The translations under genes and the position numbers were made by a program. The notes under the pieces are model-generated. The model was not told where the DNA came from. It did not search any database and saw nothing but the letters and a program-made list of their open reading frames with translations. DNA of 64,000 nt from Albugo candida (Eukaryota), in NCBI GenBank assembly GCA_040437565.1, contig JBDOQK010000030.1:62001-126000 (forward strand), read 5' to 3'. This document shows positions 36,021 through 48,300 of this stretch, in pieces. How positions within the stretch are numbered: position 1 is the first letter of the stretch; the number at the start of each line of letters is the position of its first letter.

Positions 36021-37139
36021 AACCTGTTAGTTTTCGGTCAAAAGGGGAATTATATTATCAAGATTAACAGTCTTCTACGGGCCACTAATCACTACCTCTC
36101 GAATTATGTGTCATGCTTCATATTCGTCGATTCGCATGTCGTGTGTACTGCGCACTCGGTGCTTCAAGTACAGTGTACGTTTCAACATCTACAAGGTTCG
36201 AAAAAAATGCGGCTGAAAATGAATCGCGAAAGTACCGAACGTGATGAACTTCAAATTGTCGGTTACAGCGATGCTGATTTTGCTGCAGACCGAACGGATA
36301 GAAAATCGGTAACGGGTGGTTGGATCACTGTTGATGGAGTGCCAGTGTCGCGGACGGCGAGAAAACAAGGCAGTGTGTCACTATCCACCAAGGAAGCAGA
36401 GTTAACCGCGGCCTCTGTTGTGGTCGTACAAACGATTGGAATACGCGAATTGCTTCGTGAGGCTGGTTTGAATTGCAAAGAACCTATGATTCTGCATGTG
36501 GATAATCAGGCGGAACTGAAAGAGATGGTTCGTCAGCGAAGTCGAAACATGTTGACGTGCGAATTAGATTCGTAACCTCTCATGTGAAAAGCGGAATTTT
36601 ATTGCCAAGATACCTCGAAAGTCGTAGTATGCCTGCGGATTTAGAGACGAAAGCACTCGCAGCATCACGCTTGGAGGAGCTGAGAACCTTGATTGGCCTG
36701 AACGAAAATGAATGAAGTTGTTCAGAGGGAGGTAAATGACTGCAGTCCCCGATGAAGGAGTGTTGGAAACTCGATTCGATGAAGATGGAACCGCATTGCT
36801 TTATTTTGCATATTGATGCGTGGACTCCACAGCATTTCAGTGCTTAGGTAAACCGGTAGGTTCTTTTGAGAAGAAGGAACAATACACTTACCTTTTGCTT
36901 CTACTTTTGTGGTCGTCGTTCGCGCTCCCTCTAAGTCTGTCGCAGCGTTGCTGGACAATCAACATGAAGAGCAAAAGCACTGGAATCGTAAGCATTAAGC
37001 TAGTCTATCAGAATTAAAATTCCCGAATGGCGTATGTATGTACTGTACCAACGAGAGTCATTTTATTACCCACTGCTGCTAAAGTTTGTGCCCCAACGCA
37101 TCACAAAAATCTAAGATCACTCTATTGGATCAGAGTTCG

Positions 37140-39752
37140 ATGAATGCACTGAATGAATTCATCGCAAATACTCAACTCTTCAATCAATTTCTCAAAACGC
37201 ATCAGAAGGATCTGACACAAAGACTTGCTTATGAGATTGCTGGACCCACTTCGCTACTTTCCGACAAATGCTTTTATATGTATGCGCATTTAACACAGCA
37301 ACTTTGTGAGCTCTATGAGTACTTTATCACCGAAAAGCTTATTCCACTTTTGTCACAAAAGGAGACATCGAGCACGAAACAGACCAAGTTGAAAAGCACC
37401 TTTTTGATAGTATGCGACTTCCTACAAGTCGTTCGCATCGTTTACGCACAAATGTTTTCTCAGATTGATATTATTGAATCTGCTTCACAAAGAGAAGGGG
37501 AGATTGCTTCACCATCGATCGATGCGTATAACAATCAAGAGGACTTGGCCGTTTTGACACCTCCAATCATAGAGATTCCATCGGGTCAGACACCGAGTCT
37601 TAAGGAAAAGAGGTTTGCTATCGATGAAATAAGTCAGGAATCCAGAAAATCATTTGATGCGATAATGGACATAATATCAGCGCTCGCATCGAGTCTTGAT
37701 CCAATATCACAGTCAAAAGCCATTGAAATTATAGATAGCACGAAGAATTATATCTGCAGAAAAGTTTCTGAAAGAAAAGAGTCAAAATACCTGATTGAGT
37801 TAGAAGAGCAAATTCAAGGCCTACCTTGCTCTTTGTATGGGCTGAAGCTCCTGCTAGAAGACAAAATGGTGACACATGTCCATAGTAGAGAAAATGGAAA
37901 GGTTTGTTTGGTGCAGAGTCAAAAAGTCTTGTACTTACTCGACAATGGATTACTAATCTTTGCGAGTCCGAAGAGTATGTCGAAATCAACGACTGACATA
38001 CAATGCAATGGGGCTTCCTGTCTATCTTCATCTCATCATTGTAGCGTGGTTGACATCTCACTGCGGTTGGATGTCGACGATATTTTCATAGAGAACCAAC
38101 CGGAGCGGGTGCATTCCCGGAGTGACATCACAGATGAGTTGTTTGCCTTAATATGCCACAATCAAGTCATCATGATAAGCTTCTCCGACATCCGACAAAA
38201 ACAAATCTGGCATCGCGCAATTGAGAGAGTCTTGACGGATAATGGCAACCGAACGCGAAATGTAAAGCATGATGAAATTCAGACAGATCATTCCGATCTA
38301 GCTTTACTACTGGAAGAAATGCCAATTGATCAAATTCCGTTGATTCGATTAGCCTCTCACGACGCAGAAGAACTAACCGACCTTTTTTGGATCAAGTGTG
38401 ATGGCATAAAAGCATGGGTGCGTTCGGATTGGGCACTCGGTAAAATAATGTTTGACGGTAAGACTATGCTTTTGTTTGAAGTCCTTGGATGGAAGTCATA
38501 CAACCATCTCCTTACTTGGAGCTGTATCGTAAAATCTGGTGAGTCGGGATGTGCACCGATCATGCAAATTGTTGAAAACTCTTTGACGGGACCTCAGGAC
38601 TGGAGCTTACAGCTGACACTAAAGATGGATGCGAATACATATATCATACAGCTAATGACGACACGACGGAATCGGACTGATTTCTGGTTCGACCAGTTCG
38701 CAAAAGCAATTGCTCGGAACGAAAAAATCCAAATTAATTCTGAGCGAAAATGTAGCCAGAGAATAGAACCTTACTCACCCACGTCGAGTGAGAAGGATAA
38801 AGCAATCACTGGGACGGCACGATCAAAATTGTTTACTGCTACAAATAAGGATATCATTCCATCCGACTCGACAAAACGTCCATCCAAAGAGATTAAGCAT
38901 GATGTTGCTTTAAAAGCTAAATGGATGCAATCAAAAAAGCAAAAAAAAACGAACGCTGAGTTAAACGCTGCACAGGAAGAAAGCCTGAAAGGTGGAACAT
39001 CTGGCTATTTGCAAGCATGTCCCAAGGAGTCTACGAAAGTTTCACAAAATATACTGATTACTGATGCTCCGACAAAGTTAGATGAGCATAGTTCGAGCCC
39101 TCATGAGACGATTTCAGCGTTGACATCTCCAAGTATTCGGATCGTATTGACAGGTCTCGATCCATCTGCCATTATTCGAAATCAAATCAAATCAATTACA
39201 GATGCACATCTGGAAGAGGATATCGAAGTAGCTACCCACTTGATTGTTCTCACACACAAACTCAAACGAACCGTCAAGCTCATGTGTGGTATAGCGTATT
39301 GCGATCACATTTATATAGCGAAATGGCTCCTGGATTCGGCAAATAGTGGTCACCCCATCGAGAACGAAAATACGGAATACTGTCTGACCGATCGAGAGGC
39401 GGAACAAAAATGGAAATTTAGTCTATTTGAAATTATGTATGGACGCACAAAAGAACAACGCCAGAGATTGTTTCATGGAAGTCGCTTTTTTGTGACAAAT
39501 CACAAAAGCCTCTTACCACCATTTAATGATCTGCAAAAAATGGTGCAATCAGCCGGAGGTACGATCTTTTGCAAAGGGATTGCCGAGCCGACAGACATTG
39601 TCATCACGACAAAGGCAGCACTCACAGTACCGAGTATACTGAAGCGCTTGCGCAATGCACAAAAAGTATACTCGCCGGAACTGATCCTGAGTGGTATTTT
39701 GCAACAAAGACTCGGACTTGACAATCATCAACTTGAGTTGCCGCACAATTAG
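37140..39752 (+). CDS. Protein with C-terminal tandem BRCT domains (MDC1/PTIP/Rtt107-like C-terminus) and probable PH-like central domain(s)
   Basis: Motifs RIVLTG, ATHLIV...KRTVKLMCGI, WLLDS, LFHG.RFFVT, MVQSAGG and YSPELILSGILQQ; long single ORF with first ATG at 37140. Confidence 0.82.
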   Translation: MNALNEFIANTQLFNQFLKTHQKDLTQRLAYEIAGPTSLLSDKCFYMYAHLTQQLCELYEYFITEKLIPLLSQKETSSTKQTKLKSTFLIVCDFLQVVRIVYAQMFSQIDIIESASQREGEIASPSIDAYNNQEDLAVLTPPIIEIPSGQTPSLKEKRFAIDEISQESRKSFDAIMDIISALASSLDPISQSKAIEIIDSTKNYICRKVSERKESKYLIELEEQIQGLPCSLYGLKLLLEDKMVTHVHSRENGKVCLVQSQKVLYLLDNGLLIFASPKSMSKSTTDIQCNGASCLSSSHHCSVVDISLRLDVDDIFIENQPERVHSRSDITDELFALICHNQVIMISFSDIRQKQIWHRAIERVLTDNGNRTRNVKHDEIQTDHSDLALLLEEMPIDQIPLIRLASHDAEELTDLFWIKCDGIKAWVRSDWALGKIMFDGKTMLLFEVLGWKSYNHLLTWSCIVKSGESGCAPIMQIVENSLTGPQDWSLQLTLKMDANTYIIQLMTTRRNRTDFWFDQFAKAIARNEKIQINSERKCSQRIEPYSPTSSEKDKAITGTARSKLFTATNKDIIPSDSTKRPSKEIKHDVALKAKWMQSKKQKKTNAELNAAQEESLKGGTSGYLQACPKESTKVSQNILITDAPTKLDEHSSSPHETISALTSPSIRIVLTGLDPSAIIRNQIKSITDAHLEEDIEVATHLIVLTHKLKRTVKLMCGIAYCDHIYIAKWLLDSANSGHPIENENTEYCLTDREAEQKWKFSLFEIMYGRTKEQRQRLFHGSRFFVTNHKSLLPPFNDLQKMVQSAGGTIFCKGIAEPTDIVITTKAALTVPSILKRLRNAQKVYSPELILSGILQQRLGLDNHQLELPHN

Positions 39753-41215
39753 CTCCAGCAGGACGAGATTGGATCGTCTACTAAAAGACTTTACTGCTTT
39801 TTTGAGTTGATAAATAGAGAAATCTCAACACACATCTTATTTATGAATTTCCAGTAGTAATATTGCAAAGGAAATCACGGTATCCACGCTCATTTGGTAT
39901 GTTGGAGCCTTGATCACAATGACGCGTAAGGTGTCATTTCACGTGTATCACCGCATCACAAATTGGTGATATATTGATAAGATCCTCTGCTATCATTAAT
40001 TTAATCACAACCACCACACTGAAATCTATGCCTGACAAACATCTAAGGCTCAATAAAGTGATTTAGGTCGCCGGATGTAAAAGAACATTCAGTCGTTCCT
40101 CCTACGCTGGTCGCGAGGCGCAGACTGGCGAAATCGAAGTTTTTACTCGCTTTCAGGATCGCTTCAAAGTATGTTGCTGATAGATAATGTCAACGAGCAA
40201 AAAAGCGCTAATACTCTGACAGACGTTTTCGATTAGGCTGCATCAACTCCTGCTCTGATAGTCTCCATATACGCTATTTCTCACTACTCTACTGAATAAG
40301 TCGAGAATCTATCACAGCTCTAAAACATAATGAAACAATTCAAGACTTCAATGAACGCTCCAGATAAGGCAGTGCCATTATTACCACAACAGTTGAGATA
40401 GTTGTAAATACTTCGAGGAAGATTATGTGTACTCTGCATGTCCTTTTGCTACAACACTGCTTCTGCAAAATTTGAAAACTTTTCCTTTTGAATGCGTTCG
40501 CTCGTCTTACGGAAAGTATCACATTTATATTCAGCTGTGATGCCATGCAATTTTAGACTTTTCGAAAATTTAACAGATCGTCACACGAATCCAACCGTAC
40601 ATAATCGCAAACACTATTGCACAAAGTTGGCGTAAGATCGACGAAATAGATCAGCGACGTCAATGTATGATTCAAGAAGTCTGACGATATATGGCAGATG
40701 ATGCAATTGTTCCATGTCTCTATCATGCAATCCGGCCATTTCGATATTGTGGAGCGTTTAAAACAACTTTCCGTTTATAAGTTATTGTGTGCCGTCTTCC
40801 GAAAGACTCGCGTAAAAAAAATACAGCTGTTGAATTGATGTGCTCCACCATTGTAAATTATTCCATTCCATCTGTTGCAGCATCAAATATTGAAACTAGC
40901 CAGTTGCTTACATTCCTGATCATGGGAGATAGGTGCCGAAGATGGTGATGAGTGACGGTCGTGTACGCAATGTATCGACCGTTTCGTTACCAAGACAACT
41001 GAACACACCGCAGGATTGCTGGAAACGATACATTACAATGCGAGCTAAAGAGATTGAATAGACTTCACGGAAACATGCAAAGAAACTGTAACTTCATCCG
41101 AATACATCACACAAACGTGACGATCCAACAGAAAAATCATCATTCCTTGCACGACACACAAATCTTCATAATCCAAAAGTTAACGAGATAGAGACTAAGA
41201 AACAATAGACTGTGA

Positions 41216-42673
41216 ATGAAATTTAGTGACATTGAACCGTTACCGTTCCCCTATGGAGTCGATGTATCGCGTTCCTTTTCTTTTGCAAATTTTACAGCGA
41301 TTGAAAGATTTATCCTACGGGAACTTTTGAGCGCTATTGATCCACCTGAACGGAAGAGGAAGTATCGCTCCGATCTCGAAGATTTGCACTGGATCCCAAT
41401 AGGTGAAAAGCTGCATAAAACGTTGGTCCCGTCTGGAAGTTTGCCGACGAAGCCATTTTTGAAAAAGGACGAATATCACCACGTCACTCCTATAGCTCAT
41501 GAGAAAATAAGCCTTCGCAAGCGAAATATTCGATCGCATTCTCGGCCAGACGAAATGAGTCGCTATGAGAGACATAAACAGCGAAATCGAATTTCGATGC
41601 AAAAACTTCGAAAGCGAGAAAAGGAACAAATTAGATTTTATCATAGATTAATCCAACAACTAGAACAAGAACTTGAGCAGCATTTGGACGTCTATGAGAA
41701 GAAAACTACTAATATCAAGACATTTCGTGAAGACCTTGAAAAAGCAGCAAAGATCAGAGTTACTCACAATGCAGTGTGGCGGATGAATAATGATCAGCAA
41801 CGCCTGTTAGTGGAAACTGTGTCGCTTCGGAGGAACAGAGCAATTCTACGTGAAAAACGTGCACGAGTAAATCAGAGAATTCACACCTTACAAGAGCTTG
41901 TACGGCAACCTGCTTTATCGTTCACACTTTGTATTCCTACAAACGTGACTAGGGAGAATTTCGAAATCTTTGTAAACTCACTGTCTGAAGACCATATAGA
42001 AGGCATCGTAGATGCAAGTCTGCAACGTTTGACCTTGTTCAATCGAGCTACTGATGTTTTCGATTTAGAAGATGATGTGCCCGTACAAGAATGGAATCGA
42101 CTGGTCGCTACGACTCACATGAAAAATTGCAAGTATTTATTCTCAAAAAGGTATAGCAAGACAGACATCGACGCGCTTGAGAAAAATACATGGCTGCTTA
42201 TGAAGACTTGCCAAAATGTATGGCCAGGGACTGATCCATGGGAAGAAGGGGATACACCTCGAATCATACGATTCGTTAATGACAACACAATTTTCATTCT
42301 ATGTGGAAAGAGCATCCTTACCGGTGTCTTCCTGCTGTTTAGAAGGCAAGATGGCTATGACACTGTACATGGCTTACAAAGCGTGGAGTTTCACGGGTCT
42401 TCGGACTTGGATAGCGTGATCATGTCTGCAAGCACAGTGCGGGACGAGGGAATATATACAAAGAAACACGCTCTTCTTTTTGCGTATACGTTGACCAAGA
42501 TAAGGTGTTCATTCGATCAGGATCAAAGTTCAAAGCAAGGAAGTCCCGAGTTTAACGACTGTGTCGTCAAAGCATGTGGGCAAATCGCTTGTGATGACCA
42601 GCTGACCGCAAAAGAGATTCTTTATCAAGCTTTCCCATCGATTTGTGCTTTTGAAGAAAAGGTCTTTATGTAA
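41216..42673 (+). CDS. bZIP transcription factor-like protein with an uncharacterised (possibly START-like) C-terminal domain
   Basis: Basic region RHKQRNRISMQKLRKREKE followed by a Leu-rich coiled coil; 485-aa ORF. Confidence 0.72.
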   Translation: MKFSDIEPLPFPYGVDVSRSFSFANFTAIERFILRELLSAIDPPERKRKYRSDLEDLHWIPIGEKLHKTLVPSGSLPTKPFLKKDEYHHVTPIAHEKISLRKRNIRSHSRPDEMSRYERHKQRNRISMQKLRKREKEQIRFYHRLIQQLEQELEQHLDVYEKKTTNIKTFREDLEKAAKIRVTHNAVWRMNNDQQRLLVETVSLRRNRAILREKRARVNQRIHTLQELVRQPALSFTLCIPTNVTRENFEIFVNSLSEDHIEGIVDASLQRLTLFNRATDVFDLEDDVPVQEWNRLVATTHMKNCKYLFSKRYSKTDIDALEKNTWLLMKTCQNVWPGTDPWEEGDTPRIIRFVNDNTIFILCGKSILTGVFLLFRRQDGYDTVHGLQSVEFHGSSDLDSVIMSASTVRDEGIYTKKHALLFAYTLTKIRCSFDQDQSSKQGSPEFNDCVVKACGQIACDDQLTAKEILYQAFPSICAFEEKVFM

Positions 42674-42867
42674 AGTTCGAGAGCACGCCAAGTCATGCAT
42701 TGTGGTCACCTACGTGCAACCCAGTGTCGATTTGATCACTGCCTCCAGCTTTAACTGAGAACATAAAAACAAATAGATGCATTCGTGTCATCTGCAATTG
42801 GAGAGTTGCACGAAGTATATCAATATAATTTTCTATCAAGATTTGTCATATAATCAACAATGCCGTT

Positions 42868-43438
42868 TCAAACGCGATAATGAATAGCCTTTGATAATTC
42901 ATTCCAACATTTCAGGACACCCTGAAGCTCCAGTGACTCGTCCACTAGTTCGTCTTGAACGTTCCTAATATACGTACAAACTTATAAGACATTGTGGTTC
43001 ACACAAGTATCCTCACCACAAAGTAATCTCGTCAAAATGTGAGTCGACATCCCAGATGAGCAGATCTTGCGTTTCACTTGTTGTTTTATCGTCTACAACG
43101 AATCCTACAAATGTGACATTTCAATGTATCTGCTGCTATGATCCTAATGACAATCTCATCTTCGTACCGGTCAAGTCCATAGACTTCAATCTCACACGCT
43201 CCCCGCATAGCTCAACTCCGCGGAATTGCGCTGTCTGAATTTCTTCCTCGTTTCCATTCTTAGCTTCTGCTACTTCCGTTCTTTGAGGTTGGAAGTACTT
43301 ATTGACAAAGGCTTGACCATCGTAATCGATATGACACGGCAAAGAATGCACAGCACTACTATTTTTTGGTGGCAACGGACATCGGACCAAGCAAACATGC
43401 ACATCATCCGATACAATCAAGTCAGTGTCGCTCATCAT
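42868..43438 (-). CDS. RNASEH2C: Ribonuclease H2 subunit C (exons 43438-43168, 43104-43017, 42964-42868)
   Basis: Motifs HSLPCHIDYDG.A.V..YF, AQFRG..L.G, F.EIT.WN and W..LSKAIH; two GT-AG introns restore the frame. Confidence 0.88.
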
Positions 43439-43477
43439 ATAGTTCCTATTTTGATGTTTTACACTATACAGACAAAA

Positions 43478-45250
43478 TTACAGTGCAGTCATGGGTTTCG
43501 AAGGAGGCAATAAAATATCGACTTCATCTTCCTCCTTTTGCCAAGCTTCTTTTGCCACCACATCCGCCTTTTGTGTGTCGTGAACGCAATAAAGCACAAA
43601 AATGACACATGAAAGACTTAATCCGCTACATAATACGAGTGCGTTAGCTCAATTTTGAGAAAGTTTTGCAGATAAATGACGCACCCGAAAACTAGACATA
43701 ATTTGGCAAGACCGTCCTTTTCTGGATTGTCACCAGTACCGAGAAAGTGGATGGCTGATAACGTATAAGACGCTACGATTATATTCCAAATGTATCCGAC
43801 TCCCATATATATCGAGAATGCTCGAGAGCGAATTTCGACTGGAGTGATATCTGTGAGATAGACCCTGCGAGGATATCAAGATGAAAAATTCAATTGTCAA
43901 CAACAATTCATAGCGTACCATACGACAACGCCCAACCCAACGGCGAAGCCGGCGATAAAGAAGAGGACGCACAGCACGGTGATCTGCCCTTGCAACCTCG
44001 TGTTGTTATCCAGATAAAGCAGCGACCCGCTGAGACACATCAGTGCAGCAGTCATCAAAGCGGAGCCAAAAATTAGAAGCTTTCTTCTTCCATAAGTATC
44101 CACAATCTGAAGAGAAATGATCGTTGCCAAAACATTCACCAAGTTCGCGGTGACGTTGGCCATGAAGGGATCCGCAAGTCCAGCAATTTCGAACAATTTT
44201 GCAGAATAGAGCATCACGGTATTGATACCAGTTATCCTATTAGGGCGTTTCACCTCTCGATCAGCTCTAATCAAGATTGCATCATCTTACATACGCTTGA
44301 AACGTGATGAGTGCTGATCCGGTTAGTATGATCGACAGGTGCATCCAAAGATCTTGAATTGATGCCATTCTCTGTTTTTTCTGGAGCTCTATTTGTTGAG
44401 CCATTTCTTCTAATTCAGCCTTGATCGACTCGTCCGTTTTCTCCTGTCCTCGCAATTGCTTCAACATCAATTGTGCCTGCACAATGCACACGGTATAACA
44501 GATCTATCAAGTGAGCATTTCCACCTACAGCGTCTCTACCACGATGCTTGTACAACCATAACGGACTTTCCGGAAACCATCGGATACAGCTGCATTGGAT
44601 TATCGCTGGAACGACAATGAGCAAATTCAAATACTACTCTCCATCACAATCATTCAGTTCGCAAACATTTGGCAACAATGAATTTTGTATCTCACCCGCC
44701 AGCCGTCCGGAATGTGCTTGATGAAAAACCAGCCAAAACAACTTGTCGCGAGTATCCCAATTGTCACGCACAATTGATGATAACTCGTTAATTTACCTCG
44801 ACTACAAATTGGAGCAATCTCGCTAAGGAGTATCGGAACTGTATTGGTGACAATCCCACATGCAATTCTATCAAGCATTTGTCAAGTCGACTGCTAGCAA
44901 CATGGCCGATCGTACCCGATGCAAAGTCTTCCCGAAAACAGTTCCATTTTGGAATTTGCTAAAGCACATAGTAGCGCGCCAATGACAAAGAACACGTTAT
45001 TGAGTAGAATTAACCTTCGCAAGCTGATACGCTCTGCTAAATCGCCAGTACTGAAGGCTGCCACAAGCGCACCAACTAAAACTAATCCTGTTGCTCGTTC
45101 CTGTTCTTCTGTTTCAAGCCTAAGACTATTCAGTATAGAGCCTATCGCATTTGGTAAAATGCAGACATTCAGTACTGTGAACGTATATCCCCATAGAAGC
45201 GATGAAATTGCGACTAAAGAGCCGATACAAGTGAGACGATAACCGCTCAT
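43478..45250 (-). CDS. MFS sugar porter family transporter, multi-exon
   Basis: Motifs LLWGY, SEIAP..RG.L, PESP.WL, TGINTVMLYS, VDTYGRRKLL and FAVGLG; last exon ends ...PMTAL with TAA at 43478-43480. Confidence 0.88.
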
Positions 45251-45305
45251 ACAACAAACGGAATTGTCCGAACTTAGCGTCTATTACCGTACTTTCGAAT
45301 CGAAC

Positions 45306-48300
45306 TCATCTAAAGTTGTTTCCCTCCTTTAGTTGGAATTTCATAGCTAAGAGCATCTTGATTGTCTCTATAGCAATGTTGATATCATACTCTTTCTCTT
45401 CGTCCGACAAAAAGACATACGGCACCAGGCACGGATGCGTTTTCGTTTTGTCATCACGTTCGGGACCGTATGTCCATCCCTCATCCATTCTTCCTTTCGA
45501 CCACACTTCGTGGGCATTTTCAGCGAGCAAATCTACAAGATGAAGAAGAGATGGAGGGATTTCCTGATCACTCGTATCGATAGGTGTCGGTCGATAGATT
45601 TGTTTTCGATCCGAACCGTAAAATGTGAAAAACGGAGACGCGTCACTAAAAGTCGATTGTCGTTGCAACTTACTTCCGTTTTCTTGTGACAACTTCCGAT
45701 TCAGTTGTTTTTTGTTCAAAGTAACTTGGTTGGAAATGGAGCCGGAATTGAGGTCGATATCAACATTTTCGTCCTGATCGTCTTCTTCCACTGCAAAACT
45801 TTGACCAGCAGACTCCCGACGACTCGAAGATCGCGCGATTGATTCCGTTAAAGTTTCAGAGGTGTTTTCACGTGCGATCACATACTTCATAATCAGTATC
45901 GTTTTGATTGTTTCCATGGCTGACCGATAATCGAATGCTTGTTCATCTTTTGGGAGAAGTTTGAACGGTATAAGATTTGGATGTTTTCGTTCACTACCGT
46001 TTCTTTCTTCACCGTATTCCCAGCCTTGTTTGATCCGTTCCAAAGCCCACATCTCGTGTGTGTTTTCCGCAAGCATATCTGCTATATGACTCAACGGTCC
46101 GAGCTCGACTTTGCTCGTATCGACCGGCTTGGGACGGTAATTATGACCTTCCTCTTCACGGGATGGCATGTCAGTCAAACACTTTCGGAAGCGATACATA
46201 ATTTGTATCGCTTCTTGCCGAATTTGATCCTTAGAACACCCGCTTGTTCGCTTCTGCCGTCTGAGATGCATGTCCAGCATTCGAATCAATTCATCCAATC
46301 GAACACTTTTGTGACCTTCACTCCGCATTTTATCGAACAAAAGCCACAGACGATAATCGTCCAACAGAGAAGAATCATTACCTCCGTTTCCGTAGTTGAG
46401 CCAAATTTTGGTCGCACGTACAATACACTCGCGGATTTCGTTATAAATGACTTTGCCGACGTGAAAGACAAACAGTTGCCAGGGTATCTCAAGCTTTTCA
46501 CCACCCAAAAGCTCGTATACATATTTATGGGTTGCCGAATTCCGTCGACGCTCATTATCGCTCATATGCGAAACTCTATCGTGTTCATTTTCCAGGACGA
46601 TGCATTCCACAGACAATTTGTTGTGCTGAACGACTCTCAGCGGCACAACAGAACCGAGCATGTAGTCACCAATTAAGCGTACAGTGATGCCAATTGGTAT
46701 CAACTTTTTTATCGTTTTGTGATCGAAATCGTCACAAAGTCGGATGTACGTTCGTTCATGTTGCTCGACCCCGCTACCGGACCCTGGAGGCTCTGGATAC
46801 GTCGAGGAATCAGGTGACTTTGCGTGTTTTGCGCGGTCATGAAATTTGATACGACGGTCAAATTTCACTCCAAATCGCATTAGAGCCATGATACGCCAAA
46901 CAGCACTTCGAAAAAGCTTACTAACACGCTGTCGAGTTTCTTCTTGGTCGACTAAATTCGTCGAAATCAATCGAACATACTGGTGAGGTCGGAGTTGGAT
47001 CACTTGGTTTTTCGTCGTCACAACGGTCGGGGCACAAGCTTGTAAGAATAATCGCATGCGCATGAGCGCATCATATTCCAAGTCGTCGTTCAAACACGAA
47101 GCTTTCATAATATGACTGTCGACCTTGTCATCCCCTCCAGAGCTTCCCGTGCTTTTTTCCTCCAGAATGCCAGTATCTCCAGCATGTTTAGCAAACTCAT
47201 AGTATTCTGAGAGTATGGCCACAAACATATTGACCAAGACTTGGAAGACCAAAATGATAAAAGTCACTAGAAATAGTGGAGCCAGTCGTGGATTGGCCTG
47301 TTGTAATCGAGGGTATTCGAGATCCCCTGCTAGCATATGAAAGCATGTCGAGTACGATTTTGAAAGCGATGAGAACTCTTTAAGTGCCGATCCAAACGCA
47401 TAGTAACCCATGAAGGAATAGCCCAAAAAAATCAGATTGAAAATGACCAAGAAACCCATCAGATCTCTCATGGCCATTCCTAGGACTCGCCACAACAGAT
47501 TCAAAGTAGAGTTCATTCGTAGGAATTTGAAGACGCGAAGAAAACTGACAGCGGATGCCACGGAGGCGAAATCCGATAATTGCTGATATGATGTGAGTAA
47601 AAGAACCCCATACGAATGCAAGTCGAAATTCATATCACTCAGAGAATCGATGCCGGTCGGATGTACGGATAAAAACGCATGTCTGAACGCACTTGAAACA
47701 ATGAAATAATGCGCCATTTGAGCTAAGAGACAGAAAAGAACGAGCAAATGCACGATTTCAAATACATTCCACAAGTCTGTGCTCAGGTACGTCACAAGTC
47801 CCTGTGTGGATATCCTCGACCATTCTCCGATACAATAGCCTGTCCAGAACAGGATCAACGCAAACCATACCATCAGCCTGTTATCGAGCCACCAAAAGAA
47901 TGATTGATGAGTTTGGTTGGCAATTTCGTCACAACTTTGGGTAGCATTTTCGACGCAAATTGGATGATTCAGCTTTGAAAGAGTCGCTTCGTCTAATCCT
48001 AAAACTCGCAAATTTGCACTGTGAGGAAAATGGCTGAGGTAGCCGGAGGGATCGATAGTGACAGTATGATAACCGATGGTGAACACTTCAGTAAATGGAT
48101 TGAGTAAAATGAAGCTGAGACTTGCTGCTCTTGTTGCGGCAGATAGCCATTTGTCCTCCATGATGTCTTCAATCTTCACATTGCATAAGTCGATCAGATA
48201 GCCGCCAGTGCCATAACACTCATTTTGCTGACCTATCCTGGTAAATGTAGGGAGAACTGGCATGGAGTGTAGTAAGCGTGGACATAAAAGTTCAAGTCCG

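Larger units (their letters stand above)
31657..36187 (-). mobile_element. Ty1/Copia LTR retrotransposon 3, nested in inverse orientation in the Copia-2 RT
   Basis: LTRs at 31657-31783 (internal deletion) and 36025-36187; perfect TSD TCTAC; PBS at 36012-36024; PPT TGAGTGGGAG; motifs WHARIGH, QNGLAERMNR, RALYGLKQA and YCDADWG. Removing it restores Copia-2 KRVARYLQGS. Confidence 0.95.
27531..36964 (+). mobile_element. Ty1/Copia LTR retrotransposon 2, decayed; host of Copia 3
   Basis: LTRs at 27531-27734 and 36761-36964; TSD CGAAG/TGAAG; PBS GGTTATGAGCCCA; motifs CFLCGKPDHVMANC, WILDSGSSRH, NGKAERMHRT, KALYGLKQAGR, YVDD and GYSDADFA. Confidence 0.94.

Noticed and set aside
45939-46676. 245-aa plus-strand ORF
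   Set aside because: Antisense shadow of the channel gene, with no ATG-based start and no recognisable motifs.
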